Part shown: positions 18,562 to 27,253 of the stretch, in pieces | Numbering within the stretch: position 1 is the first letter of the stretch | How the letters are laid out: every line of letters begins with the position of its first letter | From: Candidatus Peribacteraceae bacterium | GTDB lineage: Bacteria > Patescibacteriota > Gracilibacteria > Peribacterales > Peribacteraceae | DNA length: 64,000 bases | Assembly: GCA_040081825.1 (NCBI GenBank) | Contig: JBEBFT010000003.1 | Location: 17,204-81,203 of the forward strand | Direction of reading: 5' to 3' | Position numbers and translations under genes: made by a program | The notes under the pieces: generated by a model | The model's input: the letters and a program-made list of their open reading frames with translations, nothing else | What the model was told of the DNA's origin: nothing | Databases searched by the model: none

Positions 18562-19002
18562 ATGCAGAAGATTTCTCTGATTACGATTGGCAAGGTGAAG
18601 ACACCATGGATTTCTGAAGGATGTCAGGTCTATCTGGGTAGACTGAAGCATTCATTCGATCTGACTGAGCGAGTCCTTGCGGCTTCGAGTCAGAAAGAGG
18701 AAGAAGAGAAGCTTATGAAAGCACTGGAGAGTATCGACGGAACGGTGTTCGTCCTAGATGCCGCAGGCAAAGAGTACGCATCTGAAAGCTTCGCATCCTT
18801 GATTGCTGCTGAGAAAGATATGGGTCGGCCTCTCACGTTCGTCATTGCTGGAGCGTATGGATTGTCCTCCACATTCAAGAAGGGAAGAAAGCTCCTGTCA
18901 CTCGGTGCGATGACGTTTCCGCACGAGATCACCAAGCTCTTGTTGCTCGAGCAGCTATTCAGAGCCGATGCGATCACGAAAAACACCGGGTATCACCACT
19001 AG
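18562..19002 (+). CDS. rlmH: 23S rRNA pseudouridine-1915 N3-methyltransferase
   Basis: 146-aa SPOUT fold. KISLITIGKVK, FVIAGAYG and MTFPHEITKLLLLEQLFRA. Confidence 0.88.
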   Translation: MQKISLITIGKVKTPWISEGCQVYLGRLKHSFDLTERVLAASSQKEEEEKLMKALESIDGTVFVLDAAGKEYASESFASLIAAEKDMGRPLTFVIAGAYGLSSTFKKGRKLLSLGAMTFPHEITKLLLLEQLFRADAITKNTGYHH

Positions 19003-19060
19003 CATTTGCATTCTCCTTCGTTGCAGAGCGTCACCGTCACTGGTCCCCGCTCTGGAAATG

Positions 19061-19522
19061 TCACCAATTACCCCATCCGGTAGCCAAGTGCCGCACGTAG
19101 ATTCCGTGAGATGCCAGCATGGTGCCGATATTGTACCCAGTCATGCATGGCATGGAGTGGCAGTACACAACGATTGGCTTGTCTTGCGGGAGCGCCTTGA
19201 ACGCAGCAACGATACGATCTACTTCATCGTATTCGGAGTGGGATTGCTCGCTGTAGGCCGGGATATTGATGGCTCCCACGATGCTCTCTGTCTCGTACTC
19301 CTCTGCACTCCTCAGATCTACAATGGTGTATTCATTCTTCCCTTCAGCGACTTTTTCTCGTAGTTCAAGCGGACTTACGTGTACTGCACTCAAGGTCTGA
19401 TAGTACTCTGCGATCAGATCATTCGTATTTGTGGGAGCGATGATCGTAGTAAGGTTCCATCCGAGCATGCCTCCGATGAGTATGCCGATCAGGATGCTGA
19501 GTACGGTGCGTGCTGTGAACAT
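19061..19522 (-). CDS. Membrane-anchored rhodanese-domain protein, C-terminally decayed paralogue
   Basis: IVDLRSAEEYETESIVGAINIP and VVYCHSMPC. Start at Met 19522, by analogy with the paralogue. A premature TGA replaces the Arg codon seen in the neighbouring copy. Confidence 0.65.
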   Translation of the reverse strand: MFTARTVLSILIGILIGGMLGWNLTTIIAPTNTNDLIAEYYQTLSAVHVSPLELREKVAEGKNEYTIVDLRSAEEYETESIVGAINIPAYSEQSHSEYDEVDRIVAAFKALPQDKPIVVYCHSMPCMTGYNIGTMLASHGIYVRHLATGWGNW

Positions 19523-19627
19523 AGAAGGTAGCGGGAAATGTGTGCCAAGATAATACAGGAACGATTGTATCGATCCGCAAGATGAAATCCCCAAACTCTT
19601 GCACTTCGAGTAGCTAGTTCGAGCCTA

Positions 19628-20230
19628 TTAACAACCGAATTCGCCTTCGGTGCAGGGTGAAATCTTTACTGGTCCTTTGTACACACCAGGCTCTTTGCCG
19701 GTCGCGACGTAATCCATCACATTCGTTGTCTTCCACTCATGCTCGTGGTTCCAGAGTTGCCAGAAGTGTCGCCACTCATTCCATCCGATGCCCAAGTGCT
19801 GCACATAGATTCCGTTTTCTGCGAGCATCACGCCGACTTTTCGCCCCGTCATACAAGGAATGGAGTAGCAGTACACGATGATCGACTTATCTTGTGGTAG
19901 CGCCTTGAACGCAGCAACGATACGATCTACTTCATCGTATGCTGAGTGGTCTGGGTCGCTATAAGCAGGGATATTTACGGCTCCTACGATGTGCTCTTTT
20001 TCATACTCCTGTGCGCTTCGGAGATCCACGAGGATGGATTCATTTTTCCCTTCTGCGATTTTCTTACGTAGTCCATGCGGACTCACATGTACTGCACTCT
20101 CGGTCTGATAGTACTCTGCGATGAGATCATCGGTATTAGTGGGAGCGATGACTGTAGAGAGCCTCCCTCCGAGCATGCCTCCGATGAGACTGATAACGAG
20201 GATACTGAGTGAGGTGCGTGCTGTAGGCAT
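19628..20230 (-). CDS. Membrane-anchored rhodanese-domain protein
   Basis: LVDLRSAQEYEKEHIVGAVNIP and an active-site loop in IVYCYSIPCMTGRK. Carries an extra C-terminal W/H-rich tail ending CTEGEFGC. Confidence 0.75.
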   Translation of the reverse strand: MPTARTSLSILVISLIGGMLGGRLSTVIAPTNTDDLIAEYYQTESAVHVSPHGLRKKIAEGKNESILVDLRSAQEYEKEHIVGAVNIPAYSDPDHSAYDEVDRIVAAFKALPQDKSIIVYCYSIPCMTGRKVGVMLAENGIYVQHLGIGWNEWRHFWQLWNHEHEWKTTNVMDYVATGKEPGVYKGPVKISPCTEGEFGC

Positions 20231-20257
20231 AGAAGTGGGTGGAAAATTCGTGAGAAA

Positions 20258-20704
20258 TTATACAGGAATAATTTTTTGTCCCCAGGTTGCGATTCGTTCC
20301 TCTTGATCGTACGGTTCATTGACGATGATTAGAGGAGGGGAGAGCGGTTTTCCATTTGCAGTCTTGAGAAAACGCATGAAGTGTTCGGTGCATCGGGTCG
20401 TGAAGTAGTAGCGCGAGTCCCCCAGACTGATCAGTGCAACGGGCTTCTGACTCATGTCGATCGTAGTGAGCTTTTCAAAGAGCAACGTGTGCATATGAGG
20501 ATTGAGGTTTCCCTCCTGGCCGCCCGTGTTCCACGTTCCGGATGCGAGGACGAGCAGATCGCAGTCTTGGAAGTCATTCGCAGTCGATTTCTCGGCTCGC
20601 ACAAGGCGGCAGGTGTGACCCTTCGCTTCCCAGAGCGTCTTGAGTGCGTCGACAACGAACTGCGTATGACCGCTGGTGGAGGCAAAGATAATGCTGATCG
20701 TCAT
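20258..20704 (-). CDS. Flavodoxin
   Basis: MTISIIFASTSGHTQFV (FMN phosphate loop) and LLVLASGTWNTGG. Confidence 0.8.
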   Translation of the reverse strand: MTISIIFASTSGHTQFVVDALKTLWEAKGHTCRLVRAEKSTANDFQDCDLLVLASGTWNTGGQEGNLNPHMHTLLFEKLTTIDMSQKPVALISLGDSRYYFTTRCTEHFMRFLKTANGKPLSPPLIIVNEPYDQEERIATWGQKIIPV

Positions 20705-20715
20705 CGAGTGTCAGG

Positions 20716-21246
20716 CTACTCTGTATAACCCCACGCTTTCAACCATCCGTTCATCTGATCGATCTCGGTTTGCTGAGCACGGATGATCGCCCTCGCCATG
20801 TCCTTGATTTCCTGATGCTTGGCATCCGTGAGCGCTGCTCTAGCCATATCGATCGCCCCCTGATGGTGTGGGATCATCCCTTCGATGAATGCCTGGTCAA
20901 ACGCATCACCAGTCTTGCCTTCCAGCATCGCGGACATATCGTGCATGGACATGCTCATCGCATCATCCATGCCCTGGTCCATCATCTTCATCGATTCCAT
21001 GCCTTTATTCTTCATCATCATTCCACCGCCACTTCCCATACCACCCATCATGTTCCATCCAGCCATGCAGAGCAGGGCACTGATGACAAGCAGAACGATG
21101 CTCGTCTGAAGTAGCTGTTTATTTTTCATTGTGCGCGCAGCCCACAGGATGAGTAGCGAGATGCCTACAATGAAGAGTGTTGCGATTGTCATTGCGAGGA
21201 TGTGATGTGACCATGGCATCATGGTCATGGGAGAGAGCATATTCAT
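20716..21246 (-). CDS. DUF305-family protein with a Met-rich metal-binding stretch
   Basis: FIEGMIPHHQGAIDMA is the DUF305 signature. GGMGSGGGMMMKNKGMESMKMMDQGMDDAMSMSMHDM is a Met-rich tract typical of Cu(I) handling. Confidence 0.75.
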   Translation of the reverse strand: MNMLSPMTMMPWSHHILAMTIATLFIVGISLLILWAARTMKNKQLLQTSIVLLVISALLCMAGWNMMGGMGSGGGMMMKNKGMESMKMMDQGMDDAMSMSMHDMSAMLEGKTGDAFDQAFIEGMIPHHQGAIDMARAALTDAKHQEIKDMARAIIRAQQTEIDQMNGWLKAWGYTE

Positions 21247-21267
21247 AAAGAGAAAGGGGAAAAGAAA

Positions 21268-21540
21268 TTAGGAGCGACGTGAGAGCCCGATCGAACGGGC
21301 TATTTCCTCGATAAACGCATCGTACGATGTGCGTGACTTCATCTTTTGCTCTGCACATGTGTGCAGGTGACTGTTTAATACCTGATTTTGGATATGCTTG
21401 ATGTGTCCATGCATTGCGAGCAGATTCTCTAAGACATGGGGGCAATACGCATCTTCGTTCATCATCGTCTTCACCTTGGCAGACAGCCCATCCAGCCGTT
21501 TCAGTGCCTCGAGCGCTTTCTTTTTCTGAGTAGGTAGCAT
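21268..21540 (-). CDS. CsoR/RcnR/FrmR-family metal-sensing repressor
   Basis: 90 aa. L(x)RLxGxxxxV block, then YCPHVLENLLAMHGHIKHI...LHTC, which supplies the Cys/His ligands. Confidence 0.85.
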   Translation of the reverse strand: MLPTQKKKALEALKRLDGLSAKVKTMMNEDAYCPHVLENLLAMHGHIKHIQNQVLNSHLHTCAEQKMKSRTSYDAFIEEIARSIGLSRRS

Positions 21541-21542
21541 AA

Positions 21543-21566
21543 GGTATAGGGGGTAGGGGTACTATA
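21543..21566. promoter_or_regulatory. Candidate CsoR-family operator (G-tract site)
   Basis: GGTATAGGGGGTAGGGGTACTATA lies 3 nt upstream of the csoR-like start, in the divergent promoter region. Operators of this family are G/C tracts flanked by TA-rich arms. Confidence 0.35.
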
Positions 21567-21616
21567 TCTCTCCCGCCTCGCATCTGCAAGACTTTTTCTT
21601 CTTCCCTCACTATTCT

Positions 21617-22135
21617 ATGGATAACCCAGCAACAACTCTGGCTCCATCCAGTTTTAGCCTTTGGCAGTATCGTCCACTTTTCACGATAGTTGGCTTGATT
21701 GCCCTTGCCTCTATCGTGACCAGTGTCGACGGGTCAACAGTCGATTGGATGGGAGCGATGACTGCATTTATGGCTGGTTTTTTCCTTGTCTTTGCGGGAT
21801 TCAAGCTACTCGACGTTCCGGGTTTTGCACGCGGATATGCCAAGTATGACCTCCTCGCTATGCGCTGGAAGGGCTACGGATACCTCTATCCATTCATCGA
21901 GCTTGTGCTTGGTATTGGCTATCTCACCGTTCCATTGGATCCTACACTAAACATGATCACTGCTGCAGTCATGCTTTTCGGTGGCATCGGTGTCACGATT
22001 AAGCTGCTCAAGCGTGAGCAGTTTCAATGTGCGTGTCTGGGCACCTTCATCAAAGTTCCGCTCACTGCAATCACGTTCATCGAAGACTTTGGGATGGCAC
22101 TCATGGCACTCGGTCTGTTCTTTGGAATGATGTAG
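21617..22135 (+). CDS. MauE/DoxX-like 4-TM membrane protein
   Basis: Four TM helices and a QCACLG motif. Diverges from the metal-sensor gene. Confidence 0.5.
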   Translation: MDNPATTLAPSSFSLWQYRPLFTIVGLIALASIVTSVDGSTVDWMGAMTAFMAGFFLVFAGFKLLDVPGFARGYAKYDLLAMRWKGYGYLYPFIELVLGIGYLTVPLDPTLNMITAAVMLFGGIGVTIKLLKREQFQCACLGTFIKVPLTAITFIEDFGMALMALGLFFGMM

Positions 22136-22144
22136 CTCTACGCT

Positions 22145-22732
22145 GTGCGCATGCACACCACCCGACTAGAAGCGTTCAGTGACGGCGTCATCGCCATTAT
22201 TATCACCATCATGGTTCTGGAGCTGCACGCACCAGAAGCTGCGACACTGGAAGCACTGCGCCCCCTATTTCCGATGTTCCTCGCCTATGTGATGAGTTTT
22301 ATCTATCTTGGCATTTACTGGAACAATCATCATCACCTCTTCCATGCCACCGATCATCTGGACGGTCGCGTACTCTGGGCAAATTTGCACCTCCTCTTCT
22401 GGCTCTCGCTCGTTCCTTTTTCCACAGCGTGGCTTTCCGAGACGCATTTCGCCGCTGTTCCAACCGCTCTCTATGGGGCACTACTACTGTGTTCTGGGGT
22501 CGCGTACTTTTTACTCGTGCGTGCTATCGTTGCGCACTCTGATTCCAATCACGACGTACGAGAAGCGATCGGTAGCGACTACAAAGGCAAGCTCTCCATC
22601 TTTCTCTATGTGCTTGGGGTGATTGTTTCCTTTTGGGATGAGAGAGTTGCGATCGGCATCTATGCTCTTGTTGCCTTGATGTGGCTACTTCCTGATCAGA
22701 GAATCGAGAAGAAGCTTGGACATCGACACTAG
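22145..22732 (+). CDS. TMEM175-family (DUF1211) potassium channel
   Basis: RLEAFSDGVIAIIITIMVLEL signature, six TM helices, and a second-repeat helix. Confidence 0.8.
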   Translation: MRMHTTRLEAFSDGVIAIIITIMVLELHAPEAATLEALRPLFPMFLAYVMSFIYLGIYWNNHHHLFHATDHLDGRVLWANLHLLFWLSLVPFSTAWLSETHFAAVPTALYGALLLCSGVAYFLLVRAIVAHSDSNHDVREAIGSDYKGKLSIFLYVLGVIVSFWDERVAIGIYALVALMWLLPDQRIEKKLGHRH

Positions 22733-22784
22733 ATTCAAAAACACCCCCGGACTTCCGAGGGTGAAGTTTGAAATCGTAGTGGCA

Positions 22785-22979
22785 TTACGCTGCAACGACA
22801 TTGTCCGCCTTTGGGCCTTTTGGACCCTCTCCCATTTCGAACGTGACTGCCTGACCGACTTGCAAGCTGTCGAACTGACCGCCGCAAGCACTGTGGTGGA
22901 AGAATACGTCGTTGGAGCCCTCAACGGAAATGAAACCGAACCCTTTGTCGGTCTTGGTCTTAATAGTTCCTGACGCCAT
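22785..22979 (-). CDS. Cold-shock protein
   Basis: MASGTIKTKTDKGFGFISVEGSNDVFFHHS contains the RNP1/RNP2 motifs. Start at Met 22979. Confidence 0.9.
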   Translation of the reverse strand: MASGTIKTKTDKGFGFISVEGSNDVFFHHSACGGQFDSLQVGQAVTFEMGEGPKGPKADNVVAA

Positions 22980-23042
22980 ACTGGTAGGTAGAAAAAAGGT
23001 AAAAGTGTCTTGAGACAGCTTACTGTAGTGCACTTTTGCGGA

Positions 23043-23351
23043 TTATGCCATGGTTTTTTTACTTTTCTTGGGGTGCACCAGTCGTCGTCTACCTACGTTC
23101 TTTGGTCGTTTTGGCGAAACCAAGCCTTCTTTTTCCGATTTCCTCCATTTTTTTACTTCCGCTTCGCGTCGCCTTGCTTCACCGAGGGTTTTGAAGGATT
23201 CAGAGTAGATCATTCGCACAGGTTTTCGTGACCGCGTGTACTTTGCACCTTTTCCTTCGTTATGTGTCTTCTCGCGGTCCTTCAAATCAAGACAAGTTCC
23301 CGCATACAAGGAATCGTCACTGCAGCGGGCGAGGTAGAAGTAGTGTGACAT
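23043..23351 (-). CDS. GIY-YIG nuclease family protein (UPF0213-like)
   Basis: YFYLARCSDDSLYAGTCLDLKDREKTHNEGKGAKYT...EARRREAEVKKW. Confidence 0.85.
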   Translation of the reverse strand: MSHYFYLARCSDDSLYAGTCLDLKDREKTHNEGKGAKYTRSRKPVRMIYSESFKTLGEARRREAEVKKWRKSEKEGLVSPKRPKNVGRRRLVHPKKSKKTMA

Positions 23352-23394
23352 GGTGTCGCTTAGTATTATCTATTTTATGAAAGAACGCGCGACA

Positions 23395-23429
23395 CAATTG
23401 ACAATTGACAATGAACAATTGACAATTCA
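23395..23429 (+). repeat. Heptad array CAATTGA CAATTGA CAATGAA CAATTGA CAATTCA containing a promoter-like module for tRNA-Glu
   Basis: Five 7-nt units. TTGACA (23398-23403), a 17-nt spacer and GACAAT (23421-23426) end 13 nt before the tRNA. 28 of 29 nt match 43006-43034 on the minus strand. Confidence 0.6.
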
Positions 23430-23439
23430 CCGCGCAAAA

Positions 23440-23514
23440 GGCCTCATCGTCTAACGGTTAGGACACAGGATTCTCATTCCTGTAATCGGGGTTCGATTCC
23501 CCGTGGGGCTGCCA
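23440..23514 (+). tRNA. tRNA-Glu (anticodon CUC), CCA encoded
   Basis: GGCCTCA acceptor, D arm GTCT/GGAC, anticodon arm CAGGA-TTCTCAT-TCCTG, T arm CGGGG-TTCGATT-CCCCG, and 3' TGGGGCT-G-CCA. Confidence 0.9.
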
Positions 23515-23530
23515 ATTTTATTAAATTCCA

Positions 23531-24067
23531 TCATATACATTCCTCAATTTTCGAAATTCGGTACTCAACATATGGCGATACTTTTCCACTAGCTGTTTTC
23601 TTCTCATATTCTTTGTGTACCTTCCCGCTCAATGATTCTGCCAGCTTTCGACTTGGAGTATTCAGTGTGGCACATGGCCATATAATATAATCATATTCCA
23701 GATTTTTATCAGCCCATTGCTTCAGGGCAGCTGCTGCCTCTTGTCCATAACGATGACCATGAGCGGCTTTCTTAAGCCATCCACCCAATTCAGGATTCTT
23801 TTTATTGAGGTCTTCCAATGCAAAACATCCAAGTAATTCGCCAGACTCTTTTAGTAATGTTGCCATGAATAAATTGGTGCCCTGCTCCATATCGACTTCT
23901 CGTTCCTTTATTCGGCTCTCTAGAATTTCCAAGTTTTCCGGTGCACCATAGTTCATATAGTTAGTAACTGGCTCGCGGTATTCTAAAAATATCTGCTCCG
24001 CATATTTTGTTGATACCGGAACAAGCAATAGCCGCTTCGTTTCTATCTTAGTTTGGCGTAAATCCAT
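23531..24067 (-). CDS. GNAT N-acetyltransferase (RimJ/RimL-like) on an AT-rich islet
   Basis: TKRLLLVPVS, GCFALEDL...PELGGWLKKAAHGHRYGQEAAAAL and IWPCATLNTPSRKLAESLSG. Visibly lower GC than the flanks. The ORF track extends to 24100. Confidence 0.7.
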   Translation of the reverse strand: MDLRQTKIETKRLLLVPVSTKYAEQIFLEYREPVTNYMNYGAPENLEILESRIKEREVDMEQGTNLFMATLLKESGELLGCFALEDLNKKNPELGGWLKKAAHGHRYGQEAAAALKQWADKNLEYDYIIWPCATLNTPSRKLAESLSGKVHKEYEKKTASGKVSPYVEYRISKIEECI

Positions 24068-24179
24068 AGAAGAGATGCAATTACTGATACTGTATGCCAA
24101 TTATCTGCTTTCAGTAAACTTCTCAAGACTTTGTACCAATGAGTCATTTCATTGAAGACACCTGTTTGAGGACGTCCTC

Positions 24180-24191
24180 GGGCTGCCAATT
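24180..24191 (+). repeat. 12-nt direct copy of the tRNA-Glu(CUC) 3' end plus flank
   Basis: GGGCTGCCAATT at 24180-24191 is identical to 23506-23517. Confidence 0.6.
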
Positions 24192-24212
24192 ATTGCGTGT
24201 TACACTGACGGC

Positions 24213-24956
24213 ATGCCCGTCCCCACACCATTAGAGTTAAAGGCGCATCAGAAGAACGAATTGCACGGCTCCAATCTGGGTCCGTACATTCACGATATTG
24301 TCTACGGAGCCAACGACGGCATCGTAACTACGTTTGCGGTTGTATCGGGTGTTGCAGGTGCCGAACTCTCGGCGTCGATCGTCATTATTCTTGGTTTCGC
24401 CAACGTGCTAGCGGATGCGCTCTCCATGGGACTTGGGAATTATCTCTCGCTTCGCTCCAAAGAAGACAACTACACACGGATCTTTAAAGAAGAAATGCAC
24501 GAGATCGAGACGATTCCCGACATGGAGCGTGCGGAAATCAGAGAAGTGTATGAGAAGAAAGGTTTTTCCGGAACTGATCTGGACCGCGTGGTTGCCGTGC
24601 TTACCTCAGACAAAAAAATATGGGCAGACACCATGATGCGCGAAGAGCATGGACTCCTGCCGGAGGACTTTGGTCAGCCGAAGCTGCACGGCTTCATGAC
24701 ATTTGCATCCTTTATCGTGTTTGGCAGCATTCCCATTCTGCCGTATCTGTTGCCACTTACTCCTGGTAGCGAGTTTAGAGTGACGATCGTTAGTACGGGT
24801 GTTGCCCTCCTCCTCGTCGGTTTTCTTCGCAGTTACGTGACTCGTGAGCGACTGATCCGTGGCCCAGTTGAGATCTTTTCAGTCGGTATGTTTTGTGCCG
24901 CCGCTGCGTATTGGGTCGGGGTAATGCTGAAAGACATCGCGAGCGTTGCAATGTAG
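24213..24956 (+). CDS. VIT1/CCC1-family iron/manganese transporter
   Basis: IHDIVYGANDGIVTTFAVVSGVAGA, a cytosolic acidic helix bundle (EMHEIETIPDMERAEIREVYEKKG) and C-terminal TM helices. Confidence 0.85.
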   Translation: MPVPTPLELKAHQKNELHGSNLGPYIHDIVYGANDGIVTTFAVVSGVAGAELSASIVIILGFANVLADALSMGLGNYLSLRSKEDNYTRIFKEEMHEIETIPDMERAEIREVYEKKGFSGTDLDRVVAVLTSDKKIWADTMMREEHGLLPEDFGQPKLHGFMTFASFIVFGSIPILPYLLPLTPGSEFRVTIVSTGVALLLVGFLRSYVTRERLIRGPVEIFSVGMFCAAAAYWVGVMLKDIASVAM

Positions 24957-24977
24957 GAACCCTTCTTTCCTTGATTC

Positions 24978-25772
24978 TCATGCAAGACTGCTCGAGCATA
25001 TCTCACTGTAGGGACAGCGTTTGCATGCAATATGCGATGGAGTAGCTGCAAAATCCTGTGCGCTGATGCGTGTATCGATCTGGCTGATCGCAGCCTTTGC
25101 ATCTTCTAGCTGCGCAGAGGTGCGCGTTGTCAGTAGTTCCATGCATGCCTCTTCCCGTACAGAAAGCAGACTGAGGCTGGCGACGGGTTTCTGCCACAGG
25201 TTCTCCGCAGCAAGCGCGTAGATCGACAGTTGGAGATCTTCGTCGACTTGGCTTTTGTTCGGCAGGGATCCTGTTTTGAAATCGATGATATGCAATTGAT
25301 TGTTCTCGATCTCTACGCGATCGAAGCGACCACTGATCACTGTCTTGGTTTCGACACTATTCAATGAGAATCCTTTTTCCACTGCCAGTACTGTGCGCGG
25401 TTTCTGCATCCACCAATCGAAGAAGTGAACAAGAGCAGCCTCTCCACGCTTGAGTGCACAGTCCTGATCCGTACGTGATGCGTAGCCGTATCCCACAAAT
25501 GACTCTCGCCAGAGATTGACAAGCGTCCTTCTGTCCAACGATGCGTGCTGGTGATGTTCGTGCTCTTCGGTGAAGAGCGTCAGTCGCTCATCCGTTCGGT
25601 GCTCTTTCTGGTAACGCATCTCCAGTTCGCCCCACTTCTTCAGCGTCGAGTGCATGCTCACACCGTAGCTTTCACCCGCTGACATCTGCCGTTCGATGCC
25701 CTGCACGAACGCGTACTCATACTGCTTGGGGCAAGTACGGTACGTCGAAAGTTGAGAGTAGGAGAGTGGCAC
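24978..25772 (-). CDS. PD-(D/E)XK nuclease (RecB/Cas4-like, with Cys cluster)
   Basis: LSYSQLSTYRTCPKQYEY, GRFDRVEIENNQLHIIDFKTG, and C-terminal CKRCPYSEIC, the four Cys of a Cas4/AddB-type cluster. Confidence 0.8.
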   Translation of the reverse strand: MPLSYSQLSTYRTCPKQYEYAFVQGIERQMSAGESYGVSMHSTLKKWGELEMRYQKEHRTDERLTLFTEEHEHHQHASLDRRTLVNLWRESFVGYGYASRTDQDCALKRGEAALVHFFDWWMQKPRTVLAVEKGFSLNSVETKTVISGRFDRVEIENNQLHIIDFKTGSLPNKSQVDEDLQLSIYALAAENLWQKPVASLSLLSVREEACMELLTTRTSAQLEDAKAAISQIDTRISAQDFAATPSHIACKRCPYSEICSSSLA

Positions 25773-25797
25773 GACTGTATTCTATACCCTCCAATGA

Positions 25798-26748
25798 CTA
25801 CGTATTTTGCCCCGCATCATTGGCAGGAGACGTCGTGTTAGGTGTAGTGGTTGTTGCTGGAGGTGTGGTCGTGGGCTGAGTAGGCTGAGGAGCGCTATTC
25901 ACTGCCGGGGGATTGGGATTTGGTGTTGCTGCAGGTGCAGTGGCAGGTGCAGGCGCAGGAGCGGCAAGCTTGGGTTTCTCGTCATGAAACTTCAGTAAGT
26001 CTGGCAGTTTTATGACAATCTCTTTCTTCAGTGCTTCGCTCGCATCCACTTCGCCATCACTCTTCGTTGATTCCAGATTCTTTCCAAACGCATACGCGAT
26101 GTAGTCCTGCGTCAGGAGGTAGAGCGAGGTTCCATTGGAAGCGAGGCCATTCACCTTTGGCTTGAGTGGCGTCCACTCGTTACTTGTAATCCCTTCGAAT
26201 GTGATCTTCTTACCCTTCCCGCTATCACTTCCGATCGCATCGCGAATGTCCATCGTGGCGAGTTGCTGCTCAGCCATATTCTTGATGAAATCGATCCCTG
26301 ACCAGTCTCCTGCCATATTCCAAACCGATCGCTTGATCGCACTGAATGAGAAGCTCGAGAACCACTTAATGACAGGTCCGACCCATGCCACAGTTTCGTA
26401 CTGCTTGAAAAATCCACGCACTGTTCCTGCCGCCTTCTCGAAGTGCTGCTCCTCCTTTGATCCTGTTTCCGAGGTGCTTTCTCCCAAAAATTGCTGCAGT
26501 TCAATTTGTGACTTCAGTGTTTCCAAATCATTCTTTGCGAGCTGGTTAACTTTTGTTTCCACTGTGTCACGCTCTGTTTGTTCGATAGCGATATCATTCG
26601 TCGTGTCTTCATCCTCATTCACTTCGTGTACCGATTTTGCGAGTGTGTTCAGCTCCTCCAGCGTTGCATCTTTAAGATGATCTTCAGTCAGACCTTCTTG
26701 GTTTTGCATCGCTTCCTTTGCTTTTTCAACATCGAAATCGGGTGGCAT
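25798..26748 (-). CDS. Hypothetical protein with Pro/Thr/Ala-rich C-terminal tail
   Basis: Long ORF with no motif. Tail reads APAPAPATAPAATPNPNPPAVNSAPQPTQPTTTPPATTTTP. Start taken at Met 26748. Confidence 0.4.
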   Translation of the reverse strand: MPPDFDVEKAKEAMQNQEGLTEDHLKDATLEELNTLAKSVHEVNEDEDTTNDIAIEQTERDTVETKVNQLAKNDLETLKSQIELQQFLGESTSETGSKEEQHFEKAAGTVRGFFKQYETVAWVGPVIKWFSSFSFSAIKRSVWNMAGDWSGIDFIKNMAEQQLATMDIRDAIGSDSGKGKKITFEGITSNEWTPLKPKVNGLASNGTSLYLLTQDYIAYAFGKNLESTKSDGEVDASEALKKEIVIKLPDLLKFHDEKPKLAAPAPAPATAPAATPNPNPPAVNSAPQPTQPTTTPPATTTTPNTTSPANDAGQNT

Positions 26749-26855
26749 AGTGTGTGTTTTGGAATTCTCCTTATTATACCGCAAAAGCGCCTTTTTTGGT
26801 AGGTGCAAGTTACAGTCACTCTGGTAGTCTCTGCACGAACTTTACCCACTCTTCC

Positions 26856-27203
26856 ATGAACGTAGAACACTTCGAAAAAGGACTTCACTATAGCGATCAG
26901 GACCTTATCCTCCTCGCGACAAAGATCGGAAAACTGGCAACGTACTGCAAGAAACTGAAGGACGAAGGGTCATGGATTCGAGTAGAAGCGGAGAGGCGCG
27001 ATACGAAAAAGGCCAGCGATCAGACCAAGGTCATGATTACGGTTCATCTCCCAAAGAAAATGCTCCGTGTGGAGAGTAGGAAACTCAAAGCATTGGATGC
27101 GGTTGATAGTTGTATCGAGAAGCTGGAGAAGCAGATCAAGAGCTATAAGGAAATGCATACCGGCAAAGGACAGGCACAACTAGCGAGACGCAAGAGAAGC
27201 TAA
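26856..27203 (+). CDS. hpf: Ribosome hibernation factor (S30AE/RaiA/HPF family, short form)
   Basis: Start at ATG 26856. ITVHLPKKMLRVESRKLKALDAVDSCIEKLEKQIKSYKE matches the family C-terminal helix. Confidence 0.7.
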   Translation: MNVEHFEKGLHYSDQDLILLATKIGKLATYCKKLKDEGSWIRVEAERRDTKKASDQTKVMITVHLPKKMLRVESRKLKALDAVDSCIEKLEKQIKSYKEMHTGKGQAQLARRKRS

Positions 27204-27253
27204 AACTGACAGTCTCAATGCTCTCGAGACTTCCGTTCGTTTTGCATTCTTTG

